The notes under the pieces were generated by a model that saw only the letters and a program-made list of their open reading frames with translations, made no database searches and was not told where the DNA came from. Shown here one piece after another: positions 1 through 12,699 of a DNA stretch of 64,000 nucleotides; the stretch's first letter is position 1; each line of letters begins with the position of its first letter. The stretch spans positions 34,536,001-34,600,000 of the forward strand of contig NW_024704743.1 of the NCBI RefSeq assembly GCF_018977255.1. Reading direction: 5' to 3'. A program made the position numbers and the translations under genes. This DNA comes from Callorhinchus milii. Lineage: Eukaryota.

Positions 1-323
1 AGATGAATATTTTTGATTTTTTTAAAGAATGTTACACTGTAGTGAGTGTCTTCTTTATACTGGGATGGAGAATGACAAGCGTAACTTTGCTGTGATAACA
101 TTTTAACAATAATTATTATTTAATAACAATAAAACTAATAACACAACAATAATTAATCCTTACATTTGATATATATATATATAGCACGTTTGAAGTCATG
201 AGGATGTCTCAAAGTGCTTCACTATAGAGTGCAGTCACTGTATTTTTTGGGGGCTAACGCTTATCACCATGTTGTTTGTTGATTACTCACTGTTGATTTT
301 GTCTCTCATTGTTCTGGTAACAG

Positions 324-461
324 GTCCTCCACTTTGACCAAGTAGCTGATCTCCACTCTGGATTCCCGACACGGCAATCTGACATCAACAAAGCTGGTGC
401 TCTGTCAGTGCTGAAAACCACCAAATGGTTGTATAGAGAAAAAAACTTTAATTTCCTTGAA
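324..461 (+). pseudogene. Degenerate duplicate (copy A) of serpin B coding exon 2; its homologous flank runs from 1 to about 490
   Basis: cag|GTCCTCCAC...CTTGAA|gtgaga encodes [46 protein letters not shown], matching exon 26932-27069. The conserved ANRLYGEK has become TKWLYREK, and no following + strand exon is seen. Confidence 0.8.
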
Positions 462-539
462 GTGAGATGAAGGTTATAATGGAGATGTTGGAGCAGGATG
501 GCAAAGCATCAGTTGCCTCACACTGTTGGCATTAGATAT

Positions 540-3500
540 TTCAACTTGCTTGTTACTTATAAATTTAGTGTGTTCAATAATTTTCTTCCAATTGCTCTCT
601 TCTCCTGGTCACGTCTCCTCAGATTGGGATGTAGTTCTACAGGTGCTGGTTGTCCACCAGACCCTGATCGAGAGGCCATTGTTAATGTGTGAGCCTTGGC
701 AGTGAATGCCAGCAGTCACTTGACTGTAAAGGGTGTCAAAGAAAAGCATGACCTCTAGTCACCTGGCTACCACAGACGTGCACAACCAATACAAACACCA
801 AGAGCAGGAACTTGGCTGGTTTCCTCCTCACTAACCTTGAGAAAGTTGGGGGACAATTTAACTTCCACATTTAGACCTTTCAGTCAGTTAGCTGCAGCTT
901 CTATCCATTTACATCATCAGCGCCAACCAGCAGCAATTCTGGGTAGTAGCAACTCTTAGACCATGCAAAGGGATAATAATAATCCTTGCATATAGTGCCT
1001 TATCAGGTCTTCGAGACATCTCAAAGCGCTTCCCAGAATATACAACAACAACTACAAGATTCCATTTATAGAGCGCCTTTCACGTCGGGAGGACGTCCCA
1101 AAGCGCTGGACAGTTGGGTCAGGACCCGAGCAGGGGGTAAATGGTCAGGGTGAGGGGAGGAAAGGGAGGGAGCGAAGAGGGGGAAAATGGTCAGGGTGAG
1201 GGGAGGAAAGGGAGGGAGCGAGGAAGGGGGGAAATGGTCGGGGTGAGGGGAGGGAACGAGGAGGGGAAAATGGTCAGGGTGAGGGGAGGTAAGGGAGGGG
1301 GCGAGGAGGGGGTAGAGAGTTTAGAGGGGAGCTGAAGGCACGGTCAAAGAGAAAGGTCTTGAGACCGGCCTTGAAGGAAGAAAGGGAGGAGGCGGCGAAG
1401 CCACTGGGGGATAGAGTTCCAGAGCCTCGGGGCTGAGAGGCTGAAGGCCCGGCCACCGATGGTAGGGCGGTTGGGGCGGCGGATGTGGAGCAGACCGGAG
1501 CCAGAGGAACGGAGGGTACGGGCAGGTAGATAGGGGGATAGTAGGTCGAAGAGGTAGGAGGGATCAAAGCCGTGAATGGCCTTGTAGGTGAGGATGAGGA
1601 TCTTGAATTCGATCCTCTGGGGGATGGGGAGCCAGTGGAGACGAGCGAGGGTGGAAGTGATGTGGTCGCGTATACTATAAAGACAACTGACTGTATAGTT
1701 TGTGGGCAAAATGCTGCAGCCAATTGCTCACAGCAGTGTCCCACAAACAGTCGTGAATTGAGTAACCAAATTATTATTTTTTTTGGAAGGGATTTTTACC
1801 CCCAGAATAGCCATCTGCCAACCGACTAACAACTGGATTGCTACGTACTGCTAGGTAAACAGAGACATGGGGAGCAAGAAAACTTTCCTAAGGTTTCTTA
1901 GGACTCCAGAATGGCTATTTTGTGGTGATCTATGGTGCTCCTTCGTGAAACAGATCCTGCATAGATCATCAATTGTTTTTTTCCGAAAAGGCAAAATATT
2001 TGTACTTTCATTTCTTCAAAATTGAAACTTATAGAAACTTGCCTTCATTCTGGTCCTCCACTCATTTATTGATCTCCTCCTTTGCCTTATAAATATACAG
2101 TCAATTCACTTTACAGTATATTCCGTGATGCGCTCTTGAGACATCTAGAAGATGTGAAAAGCGTTATATCAAAATGCAAGGATTATTATTATTATCTGCA
2201 GCACTTAGAAAATTAACTGAAAACAGGTTCGCTCCATACAACTTAGCAGAGGATTGAATGAACATCTACATAATAGAGATAAGCAATGTCAGGGAGTACT
2301 GTTCAATTCGGAATAATAGCAAGATCTCAAGAGCATTTATAATTGCAGTGGAAGGGGCTTAATTTGGGCAGCAGTTTGTCCGCCTTAAGCGGCGTCCAAG
2401 GCTAACCAAAGTTCTCTTCCTGCCCAGTATGAGGAATGGCGCCGGGGTCTCCTCCCTCCCATTGCTGTTCCCATTGGTCAGGAAGCAGACCAATTAGCGA
2501 TAGCTCCGAGGTGATGACCGTCTGGAGTACGCCATCCATTCACAAGTGGCTCCAGCTGTCAATCAATCACAATTTGGCTCCTCCCATTCACTGCTTTGTT
2601 TCTTCCCGTTCCTCTGTCTCCTCACTGGTTGACAGCCCGGAGATGCTTGTGAATGTCTGGAGTTCATTGTAAATCATTAACAATTAGCCTTCTCCCATCT
2701 CTATCCCAGAGCCACTTGTGGCTGAGTGGAGCTGCTCGAGACACAGACTGAGTAGCCTCAGAGGTGAACTGCACAGCATTTTGTCCAGATTAACTAGAAT
2801 TTGGTAGGAATTAACAGGCAAATTTAAACAGGTAAGAATACAAATGAATCCAGATCTGGGTTTTTGTCTGATTTACACCGGTTCTGGGTTAACCAGCTTC
2901 TGGCTAAAGCGCCTTCACTTTAGTTCTAAATAGATATACTCATTGGTGATGACAAACTGCTTCAGAGCCAAGCTAGGATTGATAAGAGTCTTTGGACATC
3001 CTCTCAATATGCTATATAAATGTAAATATGTACTGTATAGTCATCAGCAAAAGAGTGCATAAATGGGGAATCCTCTATAGGGCACCCAGTCATGAGATTG
3101 CAGTTCCAATGGGATTTTTGGTCCAAGTCAAAGTCTTGTACCTCGGATAAATAGGGGAATAAGGTACTATAACAATGGGAAACTATGAAGGATTTCCAAA
3201 AGGAACTATACAGCTCCTTCAAATTAAAAGGATTCAAGGTTATTAGATGAAAAATATGTGTCAACAACAATTGTACAATTATATAGAGTGTTTCTTAAAG
3301 TTAGAGGCTTCTCTCTGCACAGTCGGTTGGCGGTTTTCAGCACATATAGAGCATCAGCTTTGTTGATGTCAGATTGCAGTATCTGGAATCCAGAGTGGAG
3401 ATCAGCTACTTGGTCAAAGTGGAGGACCTGTTTCCAGAACAATGAGAAACAAAATCAACGGTGAGTAATCAACAATCAACATGGTGATAAGTGTTAGCTT

Positions 3501-3732
3501 ATAGATAAGGACTTTGAGATGTCCTTCTAACTTGAAAGGTGCTATATCAAATGTAAGGATTAATTACTATTATTATTATGATACGAGTTATCACAGCAGT
3601 TACCTTGATCAGTTTTTCATGCCAGTATAAACAATACACAAACTGCTGTGCAAGATTCTTCAAAAAAAATCTAAAATATTCATCTTCCTTTTACCAACTC
3701 TCTTGCAAGAATCTCAGGCTCAAAACATCAAC
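540..3732 (-). pseudogene. Inverted partial serpin B pseudogene (copy B): exon 2 at 3427-~3297, exon 3 at 2265-2043, plus introns
   Basis: Reverse-complement identity to ~26640-28340, including intron sequence. Exon 2 has a 1-nt deletion and has lost its donor. Exon 3 has a SINE inserted (~2089-2193), a TGG>TGA stop and a GC donor. Confidence 0.88.
1045..1670 (-). mobile_element. L2-type LINE 3' end (ORF2 C-terminus, 3'UTR with ~4 tandem ~44-bp units, (TTG)n tail)
   Basis: ORF 1344-1709 LHWLPIPQRIEFKILILTYKAIHG...GGRAFSLSAPRLWNSIP is a typical L2 ORF2 tail. Confidence 0.9.
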
Positions 3733-4777
3733 CAGAGCTCCACCTCCCCCAAGGAGGATAATCACTAGTTGGTTATTTGGCATCCAGGAAGCGCAGGTTT
3801 GAGCCCTCACTCGGTGAATGGCAAGTACCAGAATCTCCCGGGACTTCATTTTTAATTCTTAATTCAAAAGTCTGTTTTGCAGACTTCTTATAAAGCCTTT
3901 ATAATTCTTCCATTTGTTGTAGTGCGTTTCACATTGGGACAATGTCTCAAAGTGCTACACAGAATTTACTGCAAAGCTGTATGACTGTGTATTTGCAAAC
4001 AAATGCTGTAGCCTATTTGCAAACAGGAATGTTCCACAAACAACCATGGTGTGAGTGACTAATTTTATTTGAGAGATTGTTGGTCAGGACATTGGGATAA
4101 ACTCTCATTTCTTTTTGAACAGACAGATACAGAAGGAAGAGTCCAATTCAAACTCTGTTGGTCTACTCCATGTTAAGGTTGACAAACACTTGGTTCTGGT
4201 TTTGGCCTCTTCCCTTTTCGCCTACACAAAAGGAAATTGTAGTGAGGTTTTCGGATGGTCTTGGGGTTGTGTGTGGCTGGGGCTAGGAGGTGTCAGCTCT
4301 CCAGTGGGATCACATGATCTGGAACGTGTTCTAAGTTTTACAAACAGTTGACTCAGACGAAAGTATCCAGAACTAAATACAGTACTCCATTTGCTGTCTA
4401 ACCAATGATGTGTACATTATTGCTTTGCTATTCTGTAGTCCTATGTATAAAACCTTTTTTCACAGACCTTTCCTTTTGTGCTGCTATTTTTGAAGGATGG
4501 GGGAGGGGGCGGGGATTGATGTCACACAAACAGACTGACACCTCAAACTGAACAGTCAGCATGAGTGTTGCTTAAAAAGCAATTTTAAATAGAATGCCTG
4601 TCCTCCATTTTACAAAACCAGCACCAATGTTACCAATTTTGCATTATAATCAATTTAAAGATGAATCCCCCCTCCCCCGCACATATTGCTGTGCTAACAA
4701 AGGTTTAAATCTGGCTGTTGAGTTTACTTTAGTCATGTTGCTAATAATATTCCCTGACCAGTCTGTGGCCGGTTGTT

Positions 4778-4868
4778 GCTAAAATAGAAATCAGGTCCCA
4801 CAAGTGTCAGCTAACTTTCCCAGCCAGTAGAGCGGCAGCTGATGCTGTTTAACTACTGCTAAAAATAA
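4778..4868 (+). promoter_or_regulatory. Candidate muscle-type proximal promoter of LRRC14B (MEF2 site and E-boxes)
   Basis: CTAAAAATAA at 4859-4868 (canonical YTA(W)4TAR), CAGCTG at 4836-4841, CAAGTG at 4801, near-MEF2 CTAAAATAG at ~4779. Confidence 0.45.
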
Positions 4869-4942
4869 CCAGCACCTCAAACCAAGCAAATAGTGGGCTG
4901 GAATCATTAAACATGCCATCAGCTTCAGTCAACTGAGGAATA

Positions 4943-7206
4943 ATGAAGACCTTGAAGTTTATGAGTGCCCAGGCCTTGGTATCAGATGCTCAGATTGCTC
5001 AAAGAAGTTTAGTTCATGTGGCATACAACTTGTATCCACTGCTTTTTAAAGCCAGTTATTTGCTGGAGCAGCCTACTGTGCTCCACGACTTGGTGGAGAC
5101 GTGGCCATTGGCAGAGTTCAGCATTGGGAAGATGTTAGGAAAGACAGCTGACTGCGAGGACGATCTCTCCAACAGGACATGTGAAGCTTGTCTGCGAGCC
5201 TGCTTTACAGGGCTGAAGGACTATGTTTTGAACAGCTCTGGGACCTACTCAAAGAAGCTGAAACTGGTCGATCTAACAGGACTCCATGACGTTGAATCTC
5301 AGCAGTGCACTTGCAAAAAGGCCTTGGGGAGATGGGGCAGAACTGTGCTGCTTGTAAAGGCCTGTTTAGATCTGCTGGTGGAAATGGATGCTCGTGAACT
5401 TGACATTCAGTCATTCGACATCTCAATCGATGTCTTGGTGAGCGCGTTTGTGACAGAGCGCATTTATGAAGCAATGGTTCAGGCTCTGTGCATGAGAAAC
5501 TGGTGCCCACTCAAGATCAGGATCCTTGAATTCCGGGCAGATAACCTGGCTTTGCATAAATTCTTTTACATGATAAAGCTGATCCAGCCTGAGACCCTGC
5601 TGAAGCTGGAGCTGGTTCACAACATCCGTATGGAGATGAAACATTTTGAGATACTGCTGAACCATGTGCCTTTGCCTCTGCTCAGATCTCTGACACTCCC
5701 AGCAAGAGCTTTTGATGTACGTGGGATGACTCCAGAGGACGAAGTCCTACTGGTAATGATTGGTGAAAAGCTGAGCACAATGAAGCATCTCGCTGAACTC
5801 AACCTGCCCTTTTCCATTCTCACGGGACGAATTCGTCGGCTCCTCAGGTAGGGTGCAGGATGAATGATGAGAATTGGTTTAAATTAAGTAGTTTTTAAGG
5901 TTTTCTGCTTATCTTTCAAAATTACATGATGTATTAATAATAATGTAGGGCCTAAAACATCAAAATGTCTCAAAGCATTCGGGCAAAGGGAAATTTCTCT
6001 GCATAGCTACATGCATATCTGGAATTCTCATTCTGGTCTGGATCCTCTTAAGCTTGGAGATGAGTTTCTGTGTGTGTTGGATACCTAGTTGACCAAAACC
6101 AAAAATCTGATCATTGTGGAGATGGCTCTTTTCAATATGGAATAGACCTTCTCTAGCTGAAGGCATCAAAAAACCTTTTGGCTTCAATAATATCCTGGCT
6201 TGGAATTAAATTCTTGTGAGTCAGAGTAATGATAATGTTTTGGTCAGCTGAGTATCTGACCAACAGGAAAACCATTACCATGCTTCTGAATGTAATAATT
6301 GCCCTTGCATTTGATTTAGTTCCTTATCACATGGTTGAAACATCACAGGATTTTACTATAAAGTGTCGTGATTGTATATATGCTGAAGTGTATCCAAACT
6401 AAATGACTGCAAGTTGCACACATGCGCAATGATGAAATTTCACTCTCTCTGTGCTTACCTGGAGATCATTATAAATGTTGTCAGGTTACAGGGAGACTGT
6501 CTTTGTAAAGATTCAGATCTATTTGTGTTACTATGAAATCCATGACTTGTTTACTTTATCTCTGTACAGTCCTTTAAAATCTCCTCTGCGTGTCCTGGAT
6601 CTCTCCTACTGCTCTATGAATCATGCAGACATGGCATATTTGGCCAACAGCCTGCACGCTGAGTACCTGGAAGAGCTGGACCTCAGTGGCCAGAGTGTAG
6701 CTGAGCTCTTTCCATCAACCTTCTTCAAACTGCTTGGCCGGGCATCCCGTACACTGAGAAAACTCACTCTCGAAGAGTGTGACATCAGTGATAATCAGGT
6801 CCACATGATAATTCTGGCCTTGGAATCCTGTAGACAACTGCGTGAGTTCAATTTCCTGGGGAATCCTCTCACCTCGCATGCTCTTCATCGCCTTTTTCTG
6901 GTGTTTACTGAGCTCCCTGCTCTTCGTAAAGTCGAGTTTCCAGTTCCCAAAGACTGTTACCCTGACACCTTTACCTACCCGCTCACAGAAGAGAACATGA
7001 AAAATTATGATGGGGAGAAGTTTGAGAAGATAAGACAGGACCTGTTGGTAATTTTGCTGCGTGCTAATCGAGATGATATTATTCTATCTACCCCACTTTT
7101 TGGTGTCTTCGATTCAGAACTTCAAGAGACTTCCAATGAAGCTAATGTCGTACTGCTTCAGTCATTCGTTGATGTTATTTCCAGCTTTTTAACCACACTG
7201 GACTGA
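4943..7206 (+). CDS. LRRC14B: Leucine-rich repeat-containing protein 14B-like (PRAME family); exons 4943-5847 and 6570-7206, 513 aa
   Basis: N-terminus MKTLKFMSAQALV..LYPLLFKASY, PRAME-like LVETWPL motif and LRRs (LRVLDLSYC, LEELDLSG, LRKLTLEEC). A GT-AG phase-2 intron joins RIRRLL-S-PLKSPLR in frame. The two-exon layout and length fit LRRC14B. Confidence 0.88.
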
Positions 7207-8469
7207 ATGACAAACTGAACTTGAACATATGTCATGCCTTTCAAATCAGAGAATATTTCAAGGCATTTATACTGAGCAAGGTGGGGTAGAGGCGAGTAGG
7301 TAGATGAAGGTAACTTTCGGCATAGACAAGAGGTAGATTTTTGGAAGCATTTTGAAATCATGGGGGCGAGAGATGTAAGGATTTTCGGAGCGAATTTCAG
7401 AGAGTAGGGAGATAGTGGCTGAAAGCTTGGCCCAGATTGGGTGTAAATCAGAGGATAAAATAAAAGATATTAAAAGAGGGTGTGTATTTTTAAAAAATCA
7501 TGTATAGATTAGTTCTGTTTTTTAATTCCCTTATTTTACTCCTATACCTCAGTTTACTCCCACCTAGGCAATGAATGTCTCGGGCTGTTTGATTATGGAG
7601 ATGGGCAACTCAAGAGAGCCTGATCCTATCCTCACCAGAGGTCAGAAATTTCTCGTGATCTTAGTCGTTAAGCAATAGTTATGAAAAAAAATCTTTCAAA
7701 TTAAGATGTAATTGAAGCATTTTCCTAATTACAGTATTGCAGGCTTTTAAAGTATAAGACCATGAGAAGTGTTGGGCTTTTATTGTTCTCATATGCATTT
7801 TCCAGCATGAACCATTGGCTAGTTATCACTCGCAAGAAATCTGGCTGAGTTTTCTCCTCCCTAACCACAGGTGTATTGAAATCAATTCTATTACATTAAC
7901 AGCTGCCCCAGCTGAGTATAGCTAACTCAATATACACTGGGTATAAAGCCCCAGATCTTTAAAATTTAGTTCCACTGAGTGGTGAATGTCTTCACAGTTA
8001 TTGTGTCGGAGAATGCCTTTATGGATTAACAGACAGTCACAAGCTTGACTTCCCTGTAGTCTTATAGGCCAAGGAGTTAACACAGATAAATGTAATACTT
8101 CAAAATATTTGTTCCAGATTTGTTTGATCTGAGAGTGTATGATTGCAACTGGCAATCAAAATTGCAAATGATATTAGATCACCACAAGAAGTTGAAGGTG
8201 TGTCGATATGTCATTTGCATATTAGCGGCTTGATATTTTTGGCAATGTAATAAAACATTGTTTAAAATGTGTGGATCAGCAGTGTTTATAATACATGTTC
8301 AGCATATTAAAAACTTAACGTTCCTTGACAACATTTACATTCAAAACAGCTTGACTTGAAACTCTTCCTGTAAGATTAATCATAAAATTTGTGCATTTGA
8401 CGTAAGGCATTATCACAAAGCACTTCACAGGATTTACTGTAAAGAGTGTGCATTTGTAGGTAAGACAAT

Positions 8470-8752
8470 TTGCACACAGCAATGTTCCAAATACGCCATT
8501 ATGCGAATGACCAATTTCGTCTGGGAGATTACTTGTTAAGACACCAGGATAAACTCATTTTGAATAATGCAGTGGGATATTTAACGTCCACCTGAACAGG
8601 TAGATAGGGACTTTGGTTTAACGTCTCGTCTGAAGATTGGCATCTCTGACAACCAGCACTCCCCAGCGCTGTACTCAACACTGGAACTCAACTTGGGGCT
8701 TGAACCCATAACCTTCTGGCGAGAATGCTACCAATTTAGCCAGGCTGATACA
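8470..8752 (-). mobile_element. Older tRNA-derived shark-type SINE (second family; also ~34910-35200 +, 35400-35540 -, 55860-56120 -)
   Basis: Recurrent ggtttaacgtctc(g/a)tctgaa..ggca..ctgaca..gcactccc core, with B-box-like cttgaaccc and A-box-like ends. Confidence 0.7.
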
Positions 8753-11116
8753 TGGAGTGTTGAAGGAAGCAAGAATTGCATTATTCATTTAGAACATTAG
8801 TATTATGTCAGTTATTGGTTGATCTGAAAGAGTCTGACAACTTTTATTGAATTCATTTTTTTTAATTGCTGTTTTCTTCAGACTGAATGGGTCAGTGCTG
8901 GGAAATGGAATGGTTTTCATTTTGAACCATCTCAGCCTATTAGCAAATGGTAAACATTCCATTTAGTGTTTCTACTTAAAGGCTGACACACGTAACTCTG
9001 AGCAGAGTCTTTAAGGGAATTTTACTATAGAGTATAGCATGACCAGCTCTTATAAAAAGCCCCCTACTCCCTTCCCACCCTAAATAGAGCCCGTTCTGCA
9101 TATGTATGAATGTTTACATTTCTGACACTAGTCTATGCACCATAGGTGTCGAATAAAAATGCAATTGTGTGGTAAATCGTGTGCAGTTTTGCACTGAAGG
9201 CTGCTAGGAACCTCAATTGTGATTTTTGAAACACATTTCACAAAGACAATAACAACAAAATTACATTTGTATTGCGCCTTTCACGTCGGCTGAACATCCC
9301 AAGGTGCTGCAGCCAGCTCAGAAAGGAAATGTCTTTTTATCTCATCAATCTGTGATGGATTGAAGCACAGGTTGGTTCAGACTGATGAAAGGACAATGTT
9401 TAATTCACAATGCCCCCCCAGATCCTATTCGATCGTGCCTACGGTCACCTCCCACCTTCTCTGTACTCTGCCACTGTCAAGTACTCTGGGACACTACTGT
9501 GCATGATGGATGCTATATAAATGCAAGTTGCTGTTGTTACTATTGTTTAAATTAAAATGAGTAGGTTGAATCCAAATGCGCTAAAATTCAAACTTTATCT
9601 GAAAGTTCAGGATAAAATCTCATACATGAAAAATTAATCATGTATTTCACCTCCATCCACTTCCATGGTTTCTAGAAGCATTTAGTAGTTAAGAGCAAGT
9701 GACTAGCTATTTATTGTTTAATCACAATTTATTATTTTATCATTAGTTATGTTTATCACTATTGATTTTCACTAGTTTTCAGGTTATCACTGGTTACCTG
9801 CTATTTATTGTATTATCATTATTTATTATTTTCTTACTGAACTGAATCAGCTAATTAATCATGTGAATTGGTCAGTGGTCGAAAAACAAATCTGTGTCAT
9901 GATTGCTTAAAAGGGCTGAAGCCCAAAGTGATCTTTATGTACAATGTTACATTCAATTACACTTTTATCTTAGAGATTTCTACAAACATTCTTAATTATT
10001 TTATGCTATCAAGGAAAACTGAAATTACTGCCTTAATCTACCTGCTGTGTTCTGGTCCATATCTTTGGTTTAATGATTTTTATTATGATTTTTAAGTGCT
10101 CCAAGATGCTACCACCCATGATGGACTCTATATAAATGCATGGTTATTGTTGTTGTAAGGCATAGCTTTTACTTTGCTTGCAATACTTTTGCACCAAGAA
10201 AACAAGTACATGAAGCAAATGCATTGTGCTGTGTCTCTGCTGAGCATATCTCATACCCGAATTGAAGCAACAAACGTACGGAACATCGGTATTGCTGTCA
10301 CACTTTGGTGCTGATAAGAAGCCAGTGCATTGTGTCAAGTGCTTTCCTCCTCCATCTCTCCGCTCTCGGGAACAGATGTCAGTGAGGTGAGTCAACATGG
10401 TCAAATATCATCTATCTCCCGCTTTGTTTTTCCTGCCATCCTTCTTATCAAAACAAATGTGTATACCTTATTTAACAAAACAATCTGTAATACCTTCTTT
10501 GTCAAACAAATATGTGATATCATGCGAATGCAGTATTGGGAATGTTTTGGAAACATCGGAAATCCTTAATGCTTTCAAATGTTGCTAATCACGTTTCTTT
10601 CATTTCAAGAAATGACTCGAATTTGTCTTGTACTTTCTAACAGGCCCCGGCATGGAAGCCAGAATCCCAAGGCTACGGCAAGCAATTTTTCATAATCTTG
10701 CTAGGTCAAAATGCACGTCTCCACACACATTTATTAGAATAATAGGAGTAGCTCAAGCTGTACAAATATACAGCATAGGAGGAGGCCATTTGGCTAAGCA
10801 TGCCTATGCTGGCTCTTTGAAAGAGCTAACTGTTTATTTCCATTTGCCTTGCTCTTTCCCCACTTTTATATTTCTCCCTTTCAGATCTTTATCTCATTCC
10901 CTCTTAGAAGCTATTATGTTTCATTGGGACCCATGAGGAATGGTGCTTACTACTGACATGTGTGCCAATGGTCAGCAAAAGGTGTTACAACATTTGCTTA
11001 CAAAGCTATGCCCTGACGTCTCCCCATCAACATGAGAGCACTCGAGGTCTGAAACTGTGCCAGTAGATGGAGCACTTCATGCAATTTAAAAACACCATTT
11101 TGAGAAGCAGGCAATA

Positions 11117-11871
11117 CATTAGAATATACAGCACAGAAACAGGCCATTCGGCCCAACTGGTCTATGCCGGTGTTTTTGCTCCACATGAGTCTCCTCTTGC
11201 CCTTCCTCAAGCATAACCTTCTATTCGTTTCTCCCTCACATAGCTTCCCCTTAAATACAACTATGCTATTTGCCTCAACAACTCCTTGTGGTAGCAAGTT
11301 CCACATTCCCACGACTCTCTGCGTGAAGAAATTTCTTCTAATTTCCCTTTTGATCTATTGTGACTATTTTGTATTAATGGCGCCTGGTGTTGGTTTCCCC
11401 CACAAGTGGAAACATCTTACCTATATCTACCCTATCAAAATCTTTCATCATTTTAAAGACTTCTATCAGGTCACCCCTTACCCTCCTCTTTTCAAGAGAA
11501 GTGTCCAAGAATGTTCAGCCTTTGCTGATAGGTATAACCTCTCAGTTCTGGGATCATCTTTGTGAATCTCCTTTGCACCCTCTCCAGTGCCTCTATGTCC
11601 CTTCTATAATGTGGGGACCAGAAATGCACTCAGTATTCCAAGTGTGGTCTAACCGAGGTTCTATAGAAGTTTACCATAACTTCCCTTTTTTCATTTATAT
11701 CCCTCTAGAAATGAACCCCAATGCCTGTTTTGCCTCTTTTTTTTAAGGCCTCATTAACCTGCGTTGCTACTTTTAGTGAATTGTGTATGTGTACCCCTAG
11801 ATCCCTTTGCTCCTCTACCCCATTTAGGTTTTTATTTTCCAGGATGTATGTGACAATTAGGAATAAAATTA
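11117..11871 (-). mobile_element. CR1 LINE 3' fragment
   Basis: Minus-strand WNLLPQGVVEANSIVVFKGKL (CR1 ORF2 end) and a typical 3'UTR. Flanked by GCAATA on both sides, a possible TSD. Confidence 0.85.
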
Positions 11872-12244
11872 GCAATAAAATTAGGAGTCACAGTGGAAAA
11901 CCCTAATCTTCCCACAGAGGGTGTCATAGAAATGAGAAGTTTTGTCAAAAAAATTGACCCCCCTCCCCCCCCCACCCACCCATCTAATCTTCCCAGCGAG
12001 AATACCATGGTAATGGGAAGTTTAATTAGATAAAACTATATAGAAGAACCTCATTATAGCATGTTGCTTTGGGTCCATAAGCCCAAACATCGCATTCTAA
12101 TGGGGCACAGTCAAAATGGCCACCACATCATCAATTCCTGTGCACTGTGTACGTGCAGCCAAGCGGATATTTTCGATCTTTGACTCAGTTTAGGCCAGGA
12201 GCCATACAAACAGATAGCAGGAGCATGATACTGTGTCTATCGAG

Positions 12245-12366
12245 GGTTACTCACTCACTAACGTGGGTCACACACTTACTCACATATACTCCCTCACTCA
12301 CACACTTCCTCACACAATTCCTCACACACTCCCTTACTCACTCACACACTCACACATTCACTCACT
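12245..12366. repeat. Degenerate (ACTC/ACAC)n microsatellite
   Basis: Directly visible. Confidence 0.85.
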
Positions 12367-12699
12367 AACGAAGCTGATTTTCTGCTTGCACTGCTTCTGT
12401 GATCCCAACACTCCCAGCGCTACACATATGCGACCAGAGCTGTTCCACCCACAGTAGCAGCCTCGAGCAAACAGCACGCGGAGGCCTGGAGCCTAGCAGA
12501 CTGTGTGTACAGGTTAGTAGTGGAGGCATTTATTTGACGCCTGTTTGTAGCAGAGGGTCATTTGTAGCGGATTGCACTAAAAAAGTGCGGTCACACTTTT
12601 CTATTGGCCTAGCTGATAATCTGTTCTACTCATTGATTACCGTCTGCCAGAAGAAAAAGCTTCCTGGTATATGACCTTAAGCTGCCTTTTACAACTCTA

